Shown here one piece after another: positions 52,671-64,000 of a DNA stretch of 64,000 bases (position 1 is its first letter; every line of letters starts with the position of its first letter). Both the position numbers and the translations under genes were made by a program. The notes below the pieces were generated by a model. That model did not search any database. It worked only from the letters and a program-made list of their open reading frames with translations, and was not told the DNA's origin. Origin of the DNA: Octopus bimaculoides (taxonomy: Eukaryota). The stretch covers positions 175,020,887 through 175,084,886 of the forward strand of contig NC_068981.1 of assembly GCF_001194135.2 (NCBI RefSeq), read 5' to 3'.

Positions 52671-54439
52671 TATACACACACACTTAGTAAAGCTGCAAAA
52701 TCTTCACAAAATTGTTACTCAGAGTTTCTTGTTCCTGTTCGTCGGACAGTTTTGACGAATACTGAATTAAAATCGTGATGTTACATATAGTATGTAATAT
52801 AATATAATATAATATGATTCAATTCAACGAATAGGCATTTAAATTTGATTAGACGGCTGATGTTCAAAACATAATGATGTAGTTTCCTTTCTAAGTTGAA
52901 TGGTTGGGAGATATGAAAATTAAAAGTAAAATATAAATACAAATATTAATATATTATAAGATCGAAAAACAAATACCTGATGTGAGATGGGAGGAATGCA
53001 TATTCAGAAAATAAACATTGCTTAATAATCAAATTAAAAGAATAGGATCGCATGTTAGGTGTTAAAATTGAGATTATATATATATATATATATATATATA
53101 TGAGTAAATATAAATACAAAAAAAGGGTTTTGTATGATCGTGTATAGAGGAATATATTATTTTATTTAAAAGAGTTCCAACTCTGTTTTTTATGTTTTAT
53201 TTATATTCTTGTAAAATTAATGTGGGATATAGAATATGGAATATATAATATATAATATAAAAATGGATGGTACAGTGAAATGAAGTATTCAATGTCTTAT
53301 TGAATATATGAAATATGTCTTATTGAATATATGGAATATCGAGTGTTCAATATAAAGAATTAAATATATAAAGGCCAATACGTATTTTCATACCTTGTGG
53401 TATTCATCATGGCCTACGTCTGACAGATATACCAATGCACACACGCAAGCGCACGCACACACACACATACGCACACATGTATATGTTCATACACATATTA
53501 TATAAATGTATATTACATTTAACTGTAAAGCATCACAAGTAACTCAAGAGCGAAGTGTTTCGTGGAATACCCGATAAGTGCACTAACGTGCGAGAAATGC
53601 GATACACAAATCTCTCGCCCCTTGAGTCCTTAAGGAACTTTACACACACGTAAGTGACTCGAGTCACTTGTGTGTGCGTGTGTATACGTATTTGTTTATG
53701 TATTTGCGTGTGCATGTTGGTGTAAAAAGGTAAAGGAATGTACATCCGTAGAAATAGTATCCTCTATATTTTCTCTAGAGTAGGAATGATATGAAACGCA
53801 GGAGGGTGGAACTCAAGTTGCGAGAGGAACATTGAGTTTCAATGTGTATGTGTGCACGGACACATGTACGCGTGAGTGTTAATACGCTGACCATATTCAT
53901 ACACACACACACACACACACACACACAAGCACGCACTAACAATGTGTGTGTGTGTGTGTGTATGCGTGCGTGTGTGTGCGTGCGTGTGGGTACGTGTGTG
54001 TGTGTGTGGGTGGGTGTGTGTGCTATAATAACGGCTGTTAGCTACTGCATCGATGAAAGCAATTAGATCCTTTACGTATTTAAATACGGAATATTTAACT
54101 GTGGAGCATATATAAAATTCATTAGCTAATTAACAGGAAGGCTTTTAATTACGCATAATATTCCTGCTGCATCGGAATATAAGAGGATGTGAGTAAATGA
54201 AAATGAGTAATTATTATAAAAAAAAAAAAGAAACACAAAGGAAATGTGGTCTAATTGCAATTATATTAAATCTAAGCTCTAAATTCGATGTAATAGATTG
54301 ATCGAGTCACTGAGCCTATTTAAGTGTAAGATTATTTGGGGAAATATTGGGTCAACCAACATCTTTTTAGTTAAACTGACTTATTCTTAGCCTGGGATTT
54401 TGAAGGAGATTCCAAGTGAAAAATGCTTTGAAATTAATG

Positions 54440-54572
54440 TTATTATTGGTTTCAAAGTTTTGCACAAGGCAAGCAATTTTGATTACATCGGCCCCAGTTA
54501 ACGACGGACGAAATACTGCTAAGCATTTTACCCGGCGTGCTAACGATTTTGCCGGTTCGCTGCCTTAATTAA
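54440..54572 (-). mobile_element. Deu/Nin-family SINE, internally deleted
   Basis: GACGAAATACTGCTAAGCATTTTACCCGGCGTGCTAACGATTTTGCC head in reverse, plus TTACATCGGCCCCAG tail. Confidence 0.7.
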
Positions 54573-54624
54573 CGTTAATAATGGCACTGTAGCCGAAATG
54601 GTTTAAAACACCTACTGTTACTTC

Positions 54625-54790
54625 TATTATGATTAAAATAATAATGGTTTTAAATTTAGGAACGTGGCCAGTAATTTGGAGGGAATCAGATTAGTCGATG
54701 CTATCGACTTTAATACTTGGCTGTTACTTTATTTTATCAACTCCGCAAGCTTGATGAGCTTAATTAACTTGAAATCCAAAGGTCAATAGC
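54625..54790 (-). mobile_element. degenerate Deu/Nin-family SINE 3' part
   Basis: AAATTTAGGAACGTGGCCAGTAATTT...TCGACTTTAATACTTGGCTGTTACTTTATTTTATCAAC. Confidence 0.5.
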
Positions 54791-56174
54791 TTCAAAATTG
54801 TAATAATAACTGTGTCTAATTCAAACGCTTGGCGAGCAGCTGGTAATATTTAAATTCTATTTAGGCGGGAAAGCACAACAGACCGCCTGTTTTCGCTCCT
54901 TCATTTGGGCATTAGGTGAGCTTATGAGGTTCTCCTTTCTGTAACAAGTATTTTGGAGAAATATCTGTTGTTTGAATGATGCATACTTTTAACAAACCAA
55001 TTTCGTTTGCACTTTCTTGTTCATATTCTATTACCCTATAAATCCGTGACTGGTAGCCTTCAAGGTACACATCTGCCCACATATTTAATCATATTTATGG
55101 TCATCTCTTTTCCTACCATCACAAGAAGAAAAATACATGATAAATAGTATAGATATAAAATAAAAGGAATTAGCTGACACCTCTATGTTAAATCCGGTTT
55201 CATCCACCACATTTTACTACACGCAAATCGTACATACTTTTCAATTCGCATTTCTCACTCTTCATGTCTATTTCCAATTGTTTTTCACATTAAGACTATA
55301 CTTAAACAGTCCTCTGAAAGATAGAATCTTTGCATTTGTAGAACTTACTCTCGTCAGTACTTCACATATTAAATTGGATTTCGGCAACGACTTCCTGTTG
55401 CTCTGGCTCTTAGTATCCTCTCCTAAGTACATCTGCTATCTCTGCAGCCCCCCATTTTAATAAACCACCACTAAATATCATGAACTGAAGAAATAATCAA
55501 CACCATCGCTCTGTTTGGTGTGACCGTTTTAAGTGTCATAATTATACGCATCCCCGACTGGTTCTCGTCAATTTCCTAATCGATGCTGCAGTAACAAAGG
55601 CCGAAATGCACCTATTAGGATCTACTCTTTTCGTCATTCAACTCATATACAATATTTATGATTTTTAGTGGTAAATCATCAAACAGTAACCAGCTGATAT
55701 CGACTTTATGTCCATATACCTATAAATTTTTTTTTAATATTTGAGACAATCAACTCCCATTCCTCTCCCTTCATCAGAATTTCTTGAACTTCAGGTTAGC
55801 TCTGTGTAATGGAGAAAGCGAATGGTGTGGCAAATAACTCTCTTAGATGGGTTCTTTCAAATACTTTACTCAATCAAAAATCTTAATAAGCATATTTTCA
55901 ATCCTTTTACCAATATCCGTCGATAGCAGTGCCGGTAACGAACAAGGCATAACATTTCAAGAGTAAGTTCCCTATCGCCATTATCAACACTAAGAAGGAA
56001 ACTTATAACAATCACCGTAATGCCTGGAAGACTAGAAAAGTAAATAATATTTTCATGTATTATACAACTTACAATCACATCTGCTCACCAAATTACAATC
56101 GAGTTTCTTTCGCAAAAGTAAAATTGTTGCAGTTGAGAATCACTTAGGCATTTTGCACGACTATGGTCTTCATT

Positions 56175-56391
56175 CTCTCTTTTACTCCTTTACTCTTTCA
56201 CTTGTTTCAGTCATTTGACTGCGGCCATGCTGGAGCACCGCCTTTAGTCGAAGAAATCGACCCCAGGACTTATTCTTTGTAAGCCTCGTACTTATTCTAT
56301 CGTCCGCTTTTGCCGAACCGCTAAGTTACGGGGACGTAAATACACCAGCATCGGTTGTCAAGCGATGTTGGAGGAGAAACACAGACACGCC

Positions 56392-56449
<58 letters not shown>

Positions 56450-56617
56450 TATATACGACGGGTTTCTTTCCGTTTCCGTCTACCAAATTCACTGACAAGG
56501 CTTTGGTGGGCCCGAGGCTATAGTAGAGGACACTTGCTCAAGGTGCCATGCAGTGGGACTGAACTCGGAACCATGTGGTTCGTAAGCAAGCTACTTACCA
56601 CACAGCCACTTCTGCCC
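56175..56617 (-). mobile_element. full-length tRNA-derived SINE
   Basis: Head, internal (CA)n and tail GGCGGTGCTCCAGCATGGCCGCAGTCAAATGACTGAAAC are all well preserved. Confidence 0.92.
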
Positions 56618-58402
56618 CATTAGTCAGTTTTTAAATAGAAGTATTCCTGTGAGTGACGATATACTACCACATTCTATTAAGTCTGGTGTACCACAAAATC
56701 CCCTAATACATATAATTTTCCTTATCTATAATTAGCAACATATATGCTGCCTCTTCTAACAATGCACACTCTTACACAGATATAAGTTCGCTTCTCTGCT
56801 TTTTTATCCTTCAATACATTGGGGTCATCCACATGCAAACTAATAATGTCTCGACAGATTTGCAATGAACTAGAGGATATTTTCGAATTTTGACAAACTA
56901 CGCTTTTACTCGCTCGAAGACTCAATGTACATTTGTTGCAGTTATGTGTTTACATCCTAGAAAGCGCAATACGTACACACATTGAAATACTGCTTACATG
57001 AATGGAATAGTGTTGCTGCTGCAAATATAGGCACGCTAGACGGCACACGGAAGAAGGCTGTCGACAACAGTAACAATTCACTTGCGAACACATTTCAAGA
57101 ACCAAATGACGGATGGGTTATTTCTTCTCATTGCATGGTACATCACTATTACAACACAATAACCGCTGTTCCTCAAAGACTAGTTAGTTGCATACTTCTC
57201 AGTCAGATTTGACCATCTGTTAGGGGTTTGTTTTCCATATTTTACTATTACTGTTTATCTTTTCTCAAATCCGGCGTAGAAATGTTCGCCCACTCTATTT
57301 TTTACAGATCAACATTCTACAATTACTCTCCCGTCCACGCTCTTTTCTATAACAATTCATGTTCAAATGTTCTAGAATTCAACTGCGTTAATATCACCAG
57401 TCTCGAAGACCTCAGAAAATCAAAGGATTTGAACGCCCTATCTAGGCTAACTTACAGAACTAATGTATATATTTTTTCGATTTTCATAGGAGACCTAATC
57501 GTGAGTTTTAAAAAAAAATGTTTATATAAAATCGTTTGATAGAAAATGTGCGGTCGGTTGAAAGGAAGTGATTTTCCAAAGATGAAAACACTTGATCTAA
57601 AACCAAAACAGTGGAGAATTAAAGATAAAATACACAAAACACTCACAGAAAAACATGTTGGTTTTTGTATACACGTCTTAAAAATAGTCTTTGATACACA
57701 TCATTTGAGTATCGCACTTCTCGTCTGCCAAACGTTATATTTTCCTACTTATAATCATCGAACATTTCTGATTACACTCTTGAAGTTCTGTCACCTGTCG
57801 TGAATAGCTCCGGCTAATTAGCGATGTTAATACAAGATGATTGCTACCAGTGAAAATACCATCAGAAAGAAAATTAAGCAAGGTCGGACATAGTTAATAA
57901 TTAGCTCAGAGAGATTTTATTCTCATCTTTAAAAATGATTCTTTAGGAATATCCTACTTATTGGGATATACCAAGGTCTTCTGCACAATATCAGTATACC
58001 AAAATTTATTCATAACTAATTGATTAACACGAAGTTATAGAATATACATTCTCAAGGTGCCACATAGTTGGATTGAATCCTGAATCACGTGGTTACCAAG
58101 TGGATCTTTTATCCACCGAATCATGCCTTATGTCTATGGATTTCATGATTATTTACAGTTGATTCAACGACTACAAAGCTTATATATNNNNNNNNNNNNN
58201 NNNNNNNNNNNNNNNNNNNNNNNNNNNNNNNNNNNNNNNNNNNNNNNNNNNNNNNNNNNNNNNNNNNNNNNNNNNNNNNNNNNNNNNNNNNNNNNNNNNN
58301 NNNNNNNNNNNNNNNNNNNNNNNNNNNNNNNNNNNNNNNNNNNNNNNNNNNNNNNNNNNNNNNNNNNNNNNNNNNNNNNNNNNNNNNNNNNNNNNNNNNN
58401 NN

Positions 58403-58720
58403 AAAGATCCCAGCAATGCCATCGCGCTTCAGGACCAGTTACTGCAACAGTTTGGGTTTCAGGGGCCCACAGCTTTTTAATATTCTCCCAAAGAGCCTGA
58501 GGAACCTGCACAAAGTAGATGTAGGGGTTTTTAAATCAAAGCTGGACCTCTTCCTGTCGAGAGTCCCAGATGAACCTACCTCGCGGCAAGAGGTGCAAAT
58601 GAGGGTTGCTAGATCAAACTCTATTCTTCACCAAGTGCCACATATTGTAAGAGGTTCCGTGTAATAACTGTGTAGCAACACGGCGGTGCATCAGCATGGC
58701 CGCAGCTCTAAGCTGACACT
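58403..58720 (+). mobile_element. I/Nimb-like LINE 3' end (5' part lost in N gap)
   Basis: NSLGFRGPQLFNILPKSLRNLHKVDVGVFKSKLDLFLSRVPDEP...RVARSNSILHQ* resembles the GP.LFN.LP..IR...FK..LD.FL..VPD.P C-terminus. The 3' UTR resembles the SINE tail. Confidence 0.75.
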
Positions 58721-58721
58721 A

Positions 58722-58766
<45 letters not shown>

Positions 58767-60559
58767 ATACGATATTTGTTCTCAATTGAACGGGATGAGG
58801 AAAATTTTGTTTTGGGATTTAGCCTGGCTCTAAAAATGGTAAGTAATTATTTTGAGTAATCCTAAAATCTAAAAATTAGTTGATCAATGAGTTATTTAAT
58901 GAAATCTTTAATGGATATAATGATTACAGGTCAAGGCTAATTATTTGAGTTGCTGATGCAAGGTATCAGGATTAATGTAGAACTTTCAGATTGACAAAAT
59001 TTCTTTACTAGTATCCTGAACTGCAATTTTGTGGGTAGATGGATTCTTATAATGAAACTGTTGACTAAATTACGTTCTTGATGGAATAGGCTTATACATG
59101 TAGATGATGTCGTTTACTGATGACTTGAGGAAACGCGAAAATATTTCAGAATGGAATTCACAAATGTAGAAATACTGTTGGGAAGATTGGAAAACATATG
59201 TTCATTTGTTTATCGAAAAGAGAAGAATCCTTTGATTAGATCCGAAAATCCGTCAAAGAAATACGTACGCTGACAATACATAATACACAAATAATTGTAA
59301 TCCAATCTTTGTGAAAATACTTTTCTACCTATACACATAATCATACCATTGAAGCAATGCACTCGGTTGTAATTACAGAGAAGTGTACCCAAGTATACAA
59401 TACGGGAACATATGTTCAAATCAAACAGACTTTCCACTATGTGCTAAATTACTAGCTGTATCTGCCAAAATGCTACATATATTTACACGAGTTTACAAAG
59501 AAACTATATTTACATTTACAAAGAAGCCAATAAATAAACAGACGATTATAACTTTAAGAAATAGCTGCATCATTTTAAAAATTTATTTTTTATATTTAAA
59601 ATTTCCATAATGAAAAGTTGGTAAATATATATTTTCTGAAGATAAAGAAAGACAACGTTATTTTACTTTCTTTGATCCTTTAGAATGTTATGTAATAAAA
59701 ATGATAGAGAAACGTTGCAATTACCATGCGTCACATATCTTTAAGCTTGGAATATACATGTGAATGTAAGTAAATTTGTAAGTGTATATGTTTCTGTATC
59801 CTTTAGAGAACATTAACTTAGATATTTAATCGTATGTATGAATTTCCCATTTTTCATTTATGAAAGTATGCGGGTGAAATTGATTTAGATTGTTTTCTCT
59901 GAAATTTTATACTCCGACTGATCCCTCTCTCGAATCTTAGCATCCATTTCAGTTTATATTCGTACTGTTTCAGTCTCTGAACAGTGGTCATGCTGGAGCA
60001 TCGCATTGGAGATTATCATTTTATCATAATAACCCTAAAATTTAGGTTCATACCTATATTGTTGATATCAATTCACAGAATAGGTGCTTTTTGAAATAAA
60101 AAGATGTTCAGCATACCAAGCTTAAGCCGGTATATACAAACCCAAACGCACACACACGCACATACATACATATGTGCATTCATGCACACACACAGACACA
60201 CACACACACACACGCATGTATATGTATATATATGAGAGGTATTGGTATCCAGAAGACCCAACATGGCACGTAAGGCTATAAGTATTACGGGAGGACCGTA
60301 GTTAGACTCTCGGTTCGATAATAATACGAGTGATGATAATCAACCGGATGCTCAAGGATAATACGGACTATACTGTACTAATCCTAAGGATACCGACTCT
60401 GATTTCAAAATCATGTGATTTGTATCCAATATTATATCGGTATAACCAAGATACAACCCCGAAAACTAACTCACTAGTCACTATTATTGAACAGTAGACG
60501 GCATAATGAAATAAAAGCTTTATTTACATACCCCTAACGTTACCATATATGAATTTAAA

Positions 60560-60594
<35 letters not shown>

Positions 60595-61597
60595 CGATAC
60601 TTTTTCTCAACTGAACGCGATGAGGAAAATTTTGTTTTGGCGATTTAATCTGGCATTTTTTAAAGTAAATATTGGTGTCGATTCGTTCGACCAAAATTCT
60701 CCAAGGCCTAACATGGTCGTAGTCTATATATCTGCATGCATTGAGTTGAAGAGTTAATATATTTTACATTTCCAAATAATATCCAATCAGAACTGAAATC
60801 TCGAAACAACACTATAAATTGCTTTGAGTTGATCAACATGCTAGAAATAACAGTCACATTTCCTCAAGTTGCATTTTAATTTCTTAAATAAGAGAAAGGA
60901 TGCATTAGGTAATAGTGCTACATAGCTCTTAAATGACGGTGTGATCAAAAATGGAATGCCCTATTAGCGTATGTCATTTCGATCAAGCTGACCCAGGCCT
61001 ATACATTCTCATCACCAACATTGTCAACAACTACTTCTACATCGACAACAACAACGATGGCAACATCGACAACGAAGTTCAAATCATTATGTTGCCGTGA
61101 TGAGAATTTTCTGCTTCACTGCCGTCTTATTATGCAACGTTTCTTGTTGATTGATAGCTGCTGGGAAATGTTACAGTTTGGAATCTATTTCTAATGTGTT
61201 GCCAAAACTTGCATTTCCTAGTACCTGTCTCTGGTTACACAATGAAAATAAAAATAGCATAAAGGTAAGATAAAGGAATAACTGACAGCATAATCATCAA
61301 TCATTAAACATAAAAATATATTTAAATATACAAAAATTCAAAATGGCAAAAACATTTCGACTTAGATGAGAATTATTAACGACGGTACATTTTCACTGGA
61401 ATGAAAATTATCGTACCTTATCGGAAATATTTTAAGAATTCTCTATAATATCTAGCTTTACGTCTGCCATATGAAAAATGTTAACGCTGTTGTGCCTACT
61501 AGAAATGACGACATGTCGGGTTAGTTTGCTTTGAAGAAAATTTAAAATGGATTAATATCGAAAGCATACATACATACATACATACATACATACATAC

Positions 61598-61980
61598 ATT
61601 GGGGCCCTGAGATGTGTAGCACACTGCCTAAATACCAATCTTGCGAAATTAGGCTTCTCAAAACTAGAAACGAGAAAGCTAATTCGAAGTCTAAAGATAC
61701 AATCCATCACTGGAACTGTAAAAATCTGTAAAACTTTCCAGAAGTTTAGCATTTAAATATATACGAACATGTCTAGATATGCAACTATACGCATGAGAAT
61801 ACATACTTAAAGCAAAACATAAAAATCTGCACATATACACACGTACATCCACAAACAAAAATACCCTATTGTTGATGTAGAAAATGCAATGAAGGAGACT
61901 TGGATCAAGGTTAGAAACCGGCTCTTTCTCTATTGGCAAGGAATCTTGAAATAAAACTGAACAATGACATACATACATAA
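61598..61980 (+). mobile_element. RLE (R4/Dong-like) LINE 3' end embedded in (ACAT)n
   Basis: 61598-61756 translates IGALRCVAHCLNTNLAKLGFSKLETRKLIRSLKIQSITGTVKICKTFQKFSI* without interruption. (CATA)n lies directly upstream and CATACATACATA directly downstream. Confidence 0.8.
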
Positions 61981-62394
61981 AAACACATATATACATCTGT
62001 ACATGATTCTTTTTTTTTCAGTTTTATTTAGGAACTTTTTGAGAGAGTTCAAGCCGGTCGATAACAAAGCGATAAGACATTTTAAGTAAAGAGAGTTTCC
62101 GGTGTTCGTATATATGCGATTGAGTTGCTGTGTGCATCATATGTAGAATGTTTGGAATGTCATACAAATCTAAACTGTACCACTAATAGATTGGATTTGG
62201 AGAACCCGCGTCAGTTTTTTTGCCCTTTCTACTTGAAGCTGTGTATTTTTAGGTTTTGTACAAATTTGCTTGTACGTATGTATGTATGTATGAATGTATA
62301 TATGTATGTATGTATGTATGCATTAGTCTTCAATAATGCATCACCTCGAGATCTGCAACAAATGGTTTCAAATTAAGATACAAACACAGTTATT

Positions 62395-63160
62395 AAAAGG
62401 AAAGGTTTAAGCCGATGCCCTCAACCTCTGTCCTTAACTGATACTTTATTTGAACAGCTTAGATAGAACGAAAGGCTAATTTAGCATTGGCGGGAGTTGA
62501 GCTCAGAGCGAATAGAAACGAAACAAATAATGCAATGCATTTTTCTGATGCTGTAACGATTCGTCCAACTTATTGCCTGAAGAATCCATCTATAAATAAT
62601 CATTTCTACTACAGGAAGAAGTCCTGTAGTGCTCGACCAGTACTCAAGTGCTCGACCAGTACTTAAATTTATCGATCCCGAAAAGATAAAATGTAAAGTC
62701 AATCTAGGCAGCATTTGAACTCGGTACGTAGACGGATGAAATGCCTCTAAGTAGTTGTAAGGCGTGCTAACGATTCTGCCAGTCTGTCGCATTAAAGAAA
62801 GCGAAATATCCTTCCTGAAAATTTGTTTTGGTGGGGCTAAAATATTACATCGACCCGGAAATGGTAGATATGTGAACTTAGACCGCAAGGACGATGCAAT
62901 AATTCTAGGCATTTTGCCTAATGGGCAAATGGTTCTGCCAGCTCGTCACCTTAATCCAACTATAAATAATCATTTCTAATATCGGCACAATTCCTGAAAT
63001 ATCGGACATGAGCTAATCGATTACATCGATTCAAGTGCTCAAATGGTACTTATTTTATTGATCCTGACACGATGAAAAGCAAAGTCGCTCGCTGAGTCTT
63101 TTGAACACAGAACGTAAAGATGAACGTAATGCTGCTAAATATTTTGTCTCGCATACTAAT
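62395..63160 (-). mobile_element. four decayed Deu/Nin-family SINEs arranged head to tail
   Basis: Repeated reverse-strand heads (TAACGATTC.GCCAG) near 62560, 62775, 62935 and 63150, each with TTACATCGA / TACTT.ATTT.ATCGA body pieces. Confidence 0.7.
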
Positions 63161-63162
63161 AT

Positions 63163-63398
63163 TTCTTATTTCTTTATTGCCCACAGGGGGCTAAACATAG
63201 AGGGGACAAACAAGGACAAACAAAGGGATTAATTCAATTACATCAATCCCAGTGCGTAACTGGTACTTAATTTATCAGCCCCGAAAGGATGAAAGGCAAA
63301 GTCGACCTTGGCGGAATTTGAACTCAGAATGTTGCGGTAGACGAAATGCCGCTAAGCATTTTGCCCGGCGTTCTAACGTTTCTGCCAGCTCGCCGCCT
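63163..63398 (-). mobile_element. full-length Deu/Nin-domain SINE
   Basis: Minus strand: AGGCGGCGAGCTGGCAGAAACGTTAG...GAGTTCAAATTCCGCCAAGGTCGACTTTGCCTTTCATCCTTTCGGGG...GTGGGCAATAAAGAAATAAG. Confidence 0.9.
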
Positions 63399-63485
63399 TG
63401 TGCATTTCGCCGCTAAGCATTTCGCCGCTAAGCATTTCGCCGCTTTTCATTTCGCCGCATACTAATGTTTCTGCCAGCTCGCAGA
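63399..63485 (-). repeat. SINE head fragment with tandem 15-bp repeats (GCTAAGCATTTCGCC)
   Basis: Direct reading. Confidence 0.8.
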
Positions 63486-63963
63486 TTTAATTTCAGTTAA
63501 AAATAATGGCTGATAAAACATAGGGTTAAAACCACTGAGGCGACGAAAAAGAAGGGAAGCTATCTTCGGGACTCGAGTCACACATTTCATGTAAGTGAGA
63601 AAGTCGTAATGCCATTACGCTAAAGTAAATGCCCAACTTCCACTTAAGTCCTTTAACATTGGATGTATTTACAATTGTATGTAACTGGGTCTCTTTAACT
63701 TCAGAAGTTTTATCTTCATGAAGGTGTAAGAAGGAAGATGTGTGAATGTGTGAGGTGGGACGAACATGGTGATAATCTCTTGCACGTGGCTTTCTCATAA
63801 TCTTTGTCGACTATTCTTTAGAACTTAAGAAGCAATGCACCTCCTTGTCTATCCTAGAAGGAAAATAACATGCTTAGAGTAAATTCTCTCACGGACTAAT
63901 AAGTTTCTTTACAACAATATTGCAGTTGTTTCTCTCTAAATACTGATTTCACTCCCTAGCTCT

Positions 63964-64000
<37 letters not shown>

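Noticed and set aside
56722-57539. Several 65-100 aa ORFs in unique sequence
   Set aside because: No motifs and no consistent splice signals; lengths are compatible with chance.
59115-59140. CTGATGA-CTTGAG-GAAACGCG hammerhead-like core
   Set aside because: There is no viable stem II, no GUH triplet and no stem I.
60255-60420. Acidic MARKA...SDD..DSDF reading resembling a piggyBac N-terminus
   Set aside because: It has multiple stops, no TIR/TTAA ends and no catalytic region.
61890-61940. GAAACCGG motif in the LINE 3' UTR
   Set aside because: It folds better as a simple long hairpin (CAAT GAAGGAG / CTCTTTC ATTG) and the core and cleavage triplet are missing.
63526-63860. 90-aa minus-strand ORF downstream of a strong acceptor
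   Set aside because: All three frames from the acceptor stop early, the composition is not recognisable, and the length is within chance expectation.

Overview
This is AT-rich, microsatellite-saturated eukaryotic DNA with 15 N-gaps, most flanked by (TA)n or (CA)n. The repeat content (tRNA-derived SINEs with Deu/Nin-like and V/CORE-like middle domains) looks like an octopus or other cephalopod draft assembly; that assignment is an inference. There is no confidently identifiable host gene, rRNA, true tRNA or CRISPR array, and most ORF-track entries are microsatellite or N-gap artefacts. The window is mainly a transposon graveyard. It contains: (i) a decayed Penelope-like (Naiad-type) RT element; (ii) at least nine 5'-truncated 3' ends or fragments of R4/Dong-like RLE LINEs, in an (AAT/AAC)n-associated group and an (ACAT)n-associated group; (iii) L1/Tx1 and Nimb/I-like LINE remnants; (iv) maT (DD37D-type) and mariner DNA transposon remnants; and (v) about 20 SINE copies. 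The most notable signal is a set of minimal type-I hammerhead ribozyme motifs in four unrelated Penelope-type terminal repeats. One sits in a composite element made of a tRNA-like Pol III head, an (AAT)n linker, a hammerhead pLTR and an inverted pLTR. Another is a 360-bp foldback whose hammerhead consensus has the U3-A8 core variant. All identifications were made by eye and TE boundaries are approximate.
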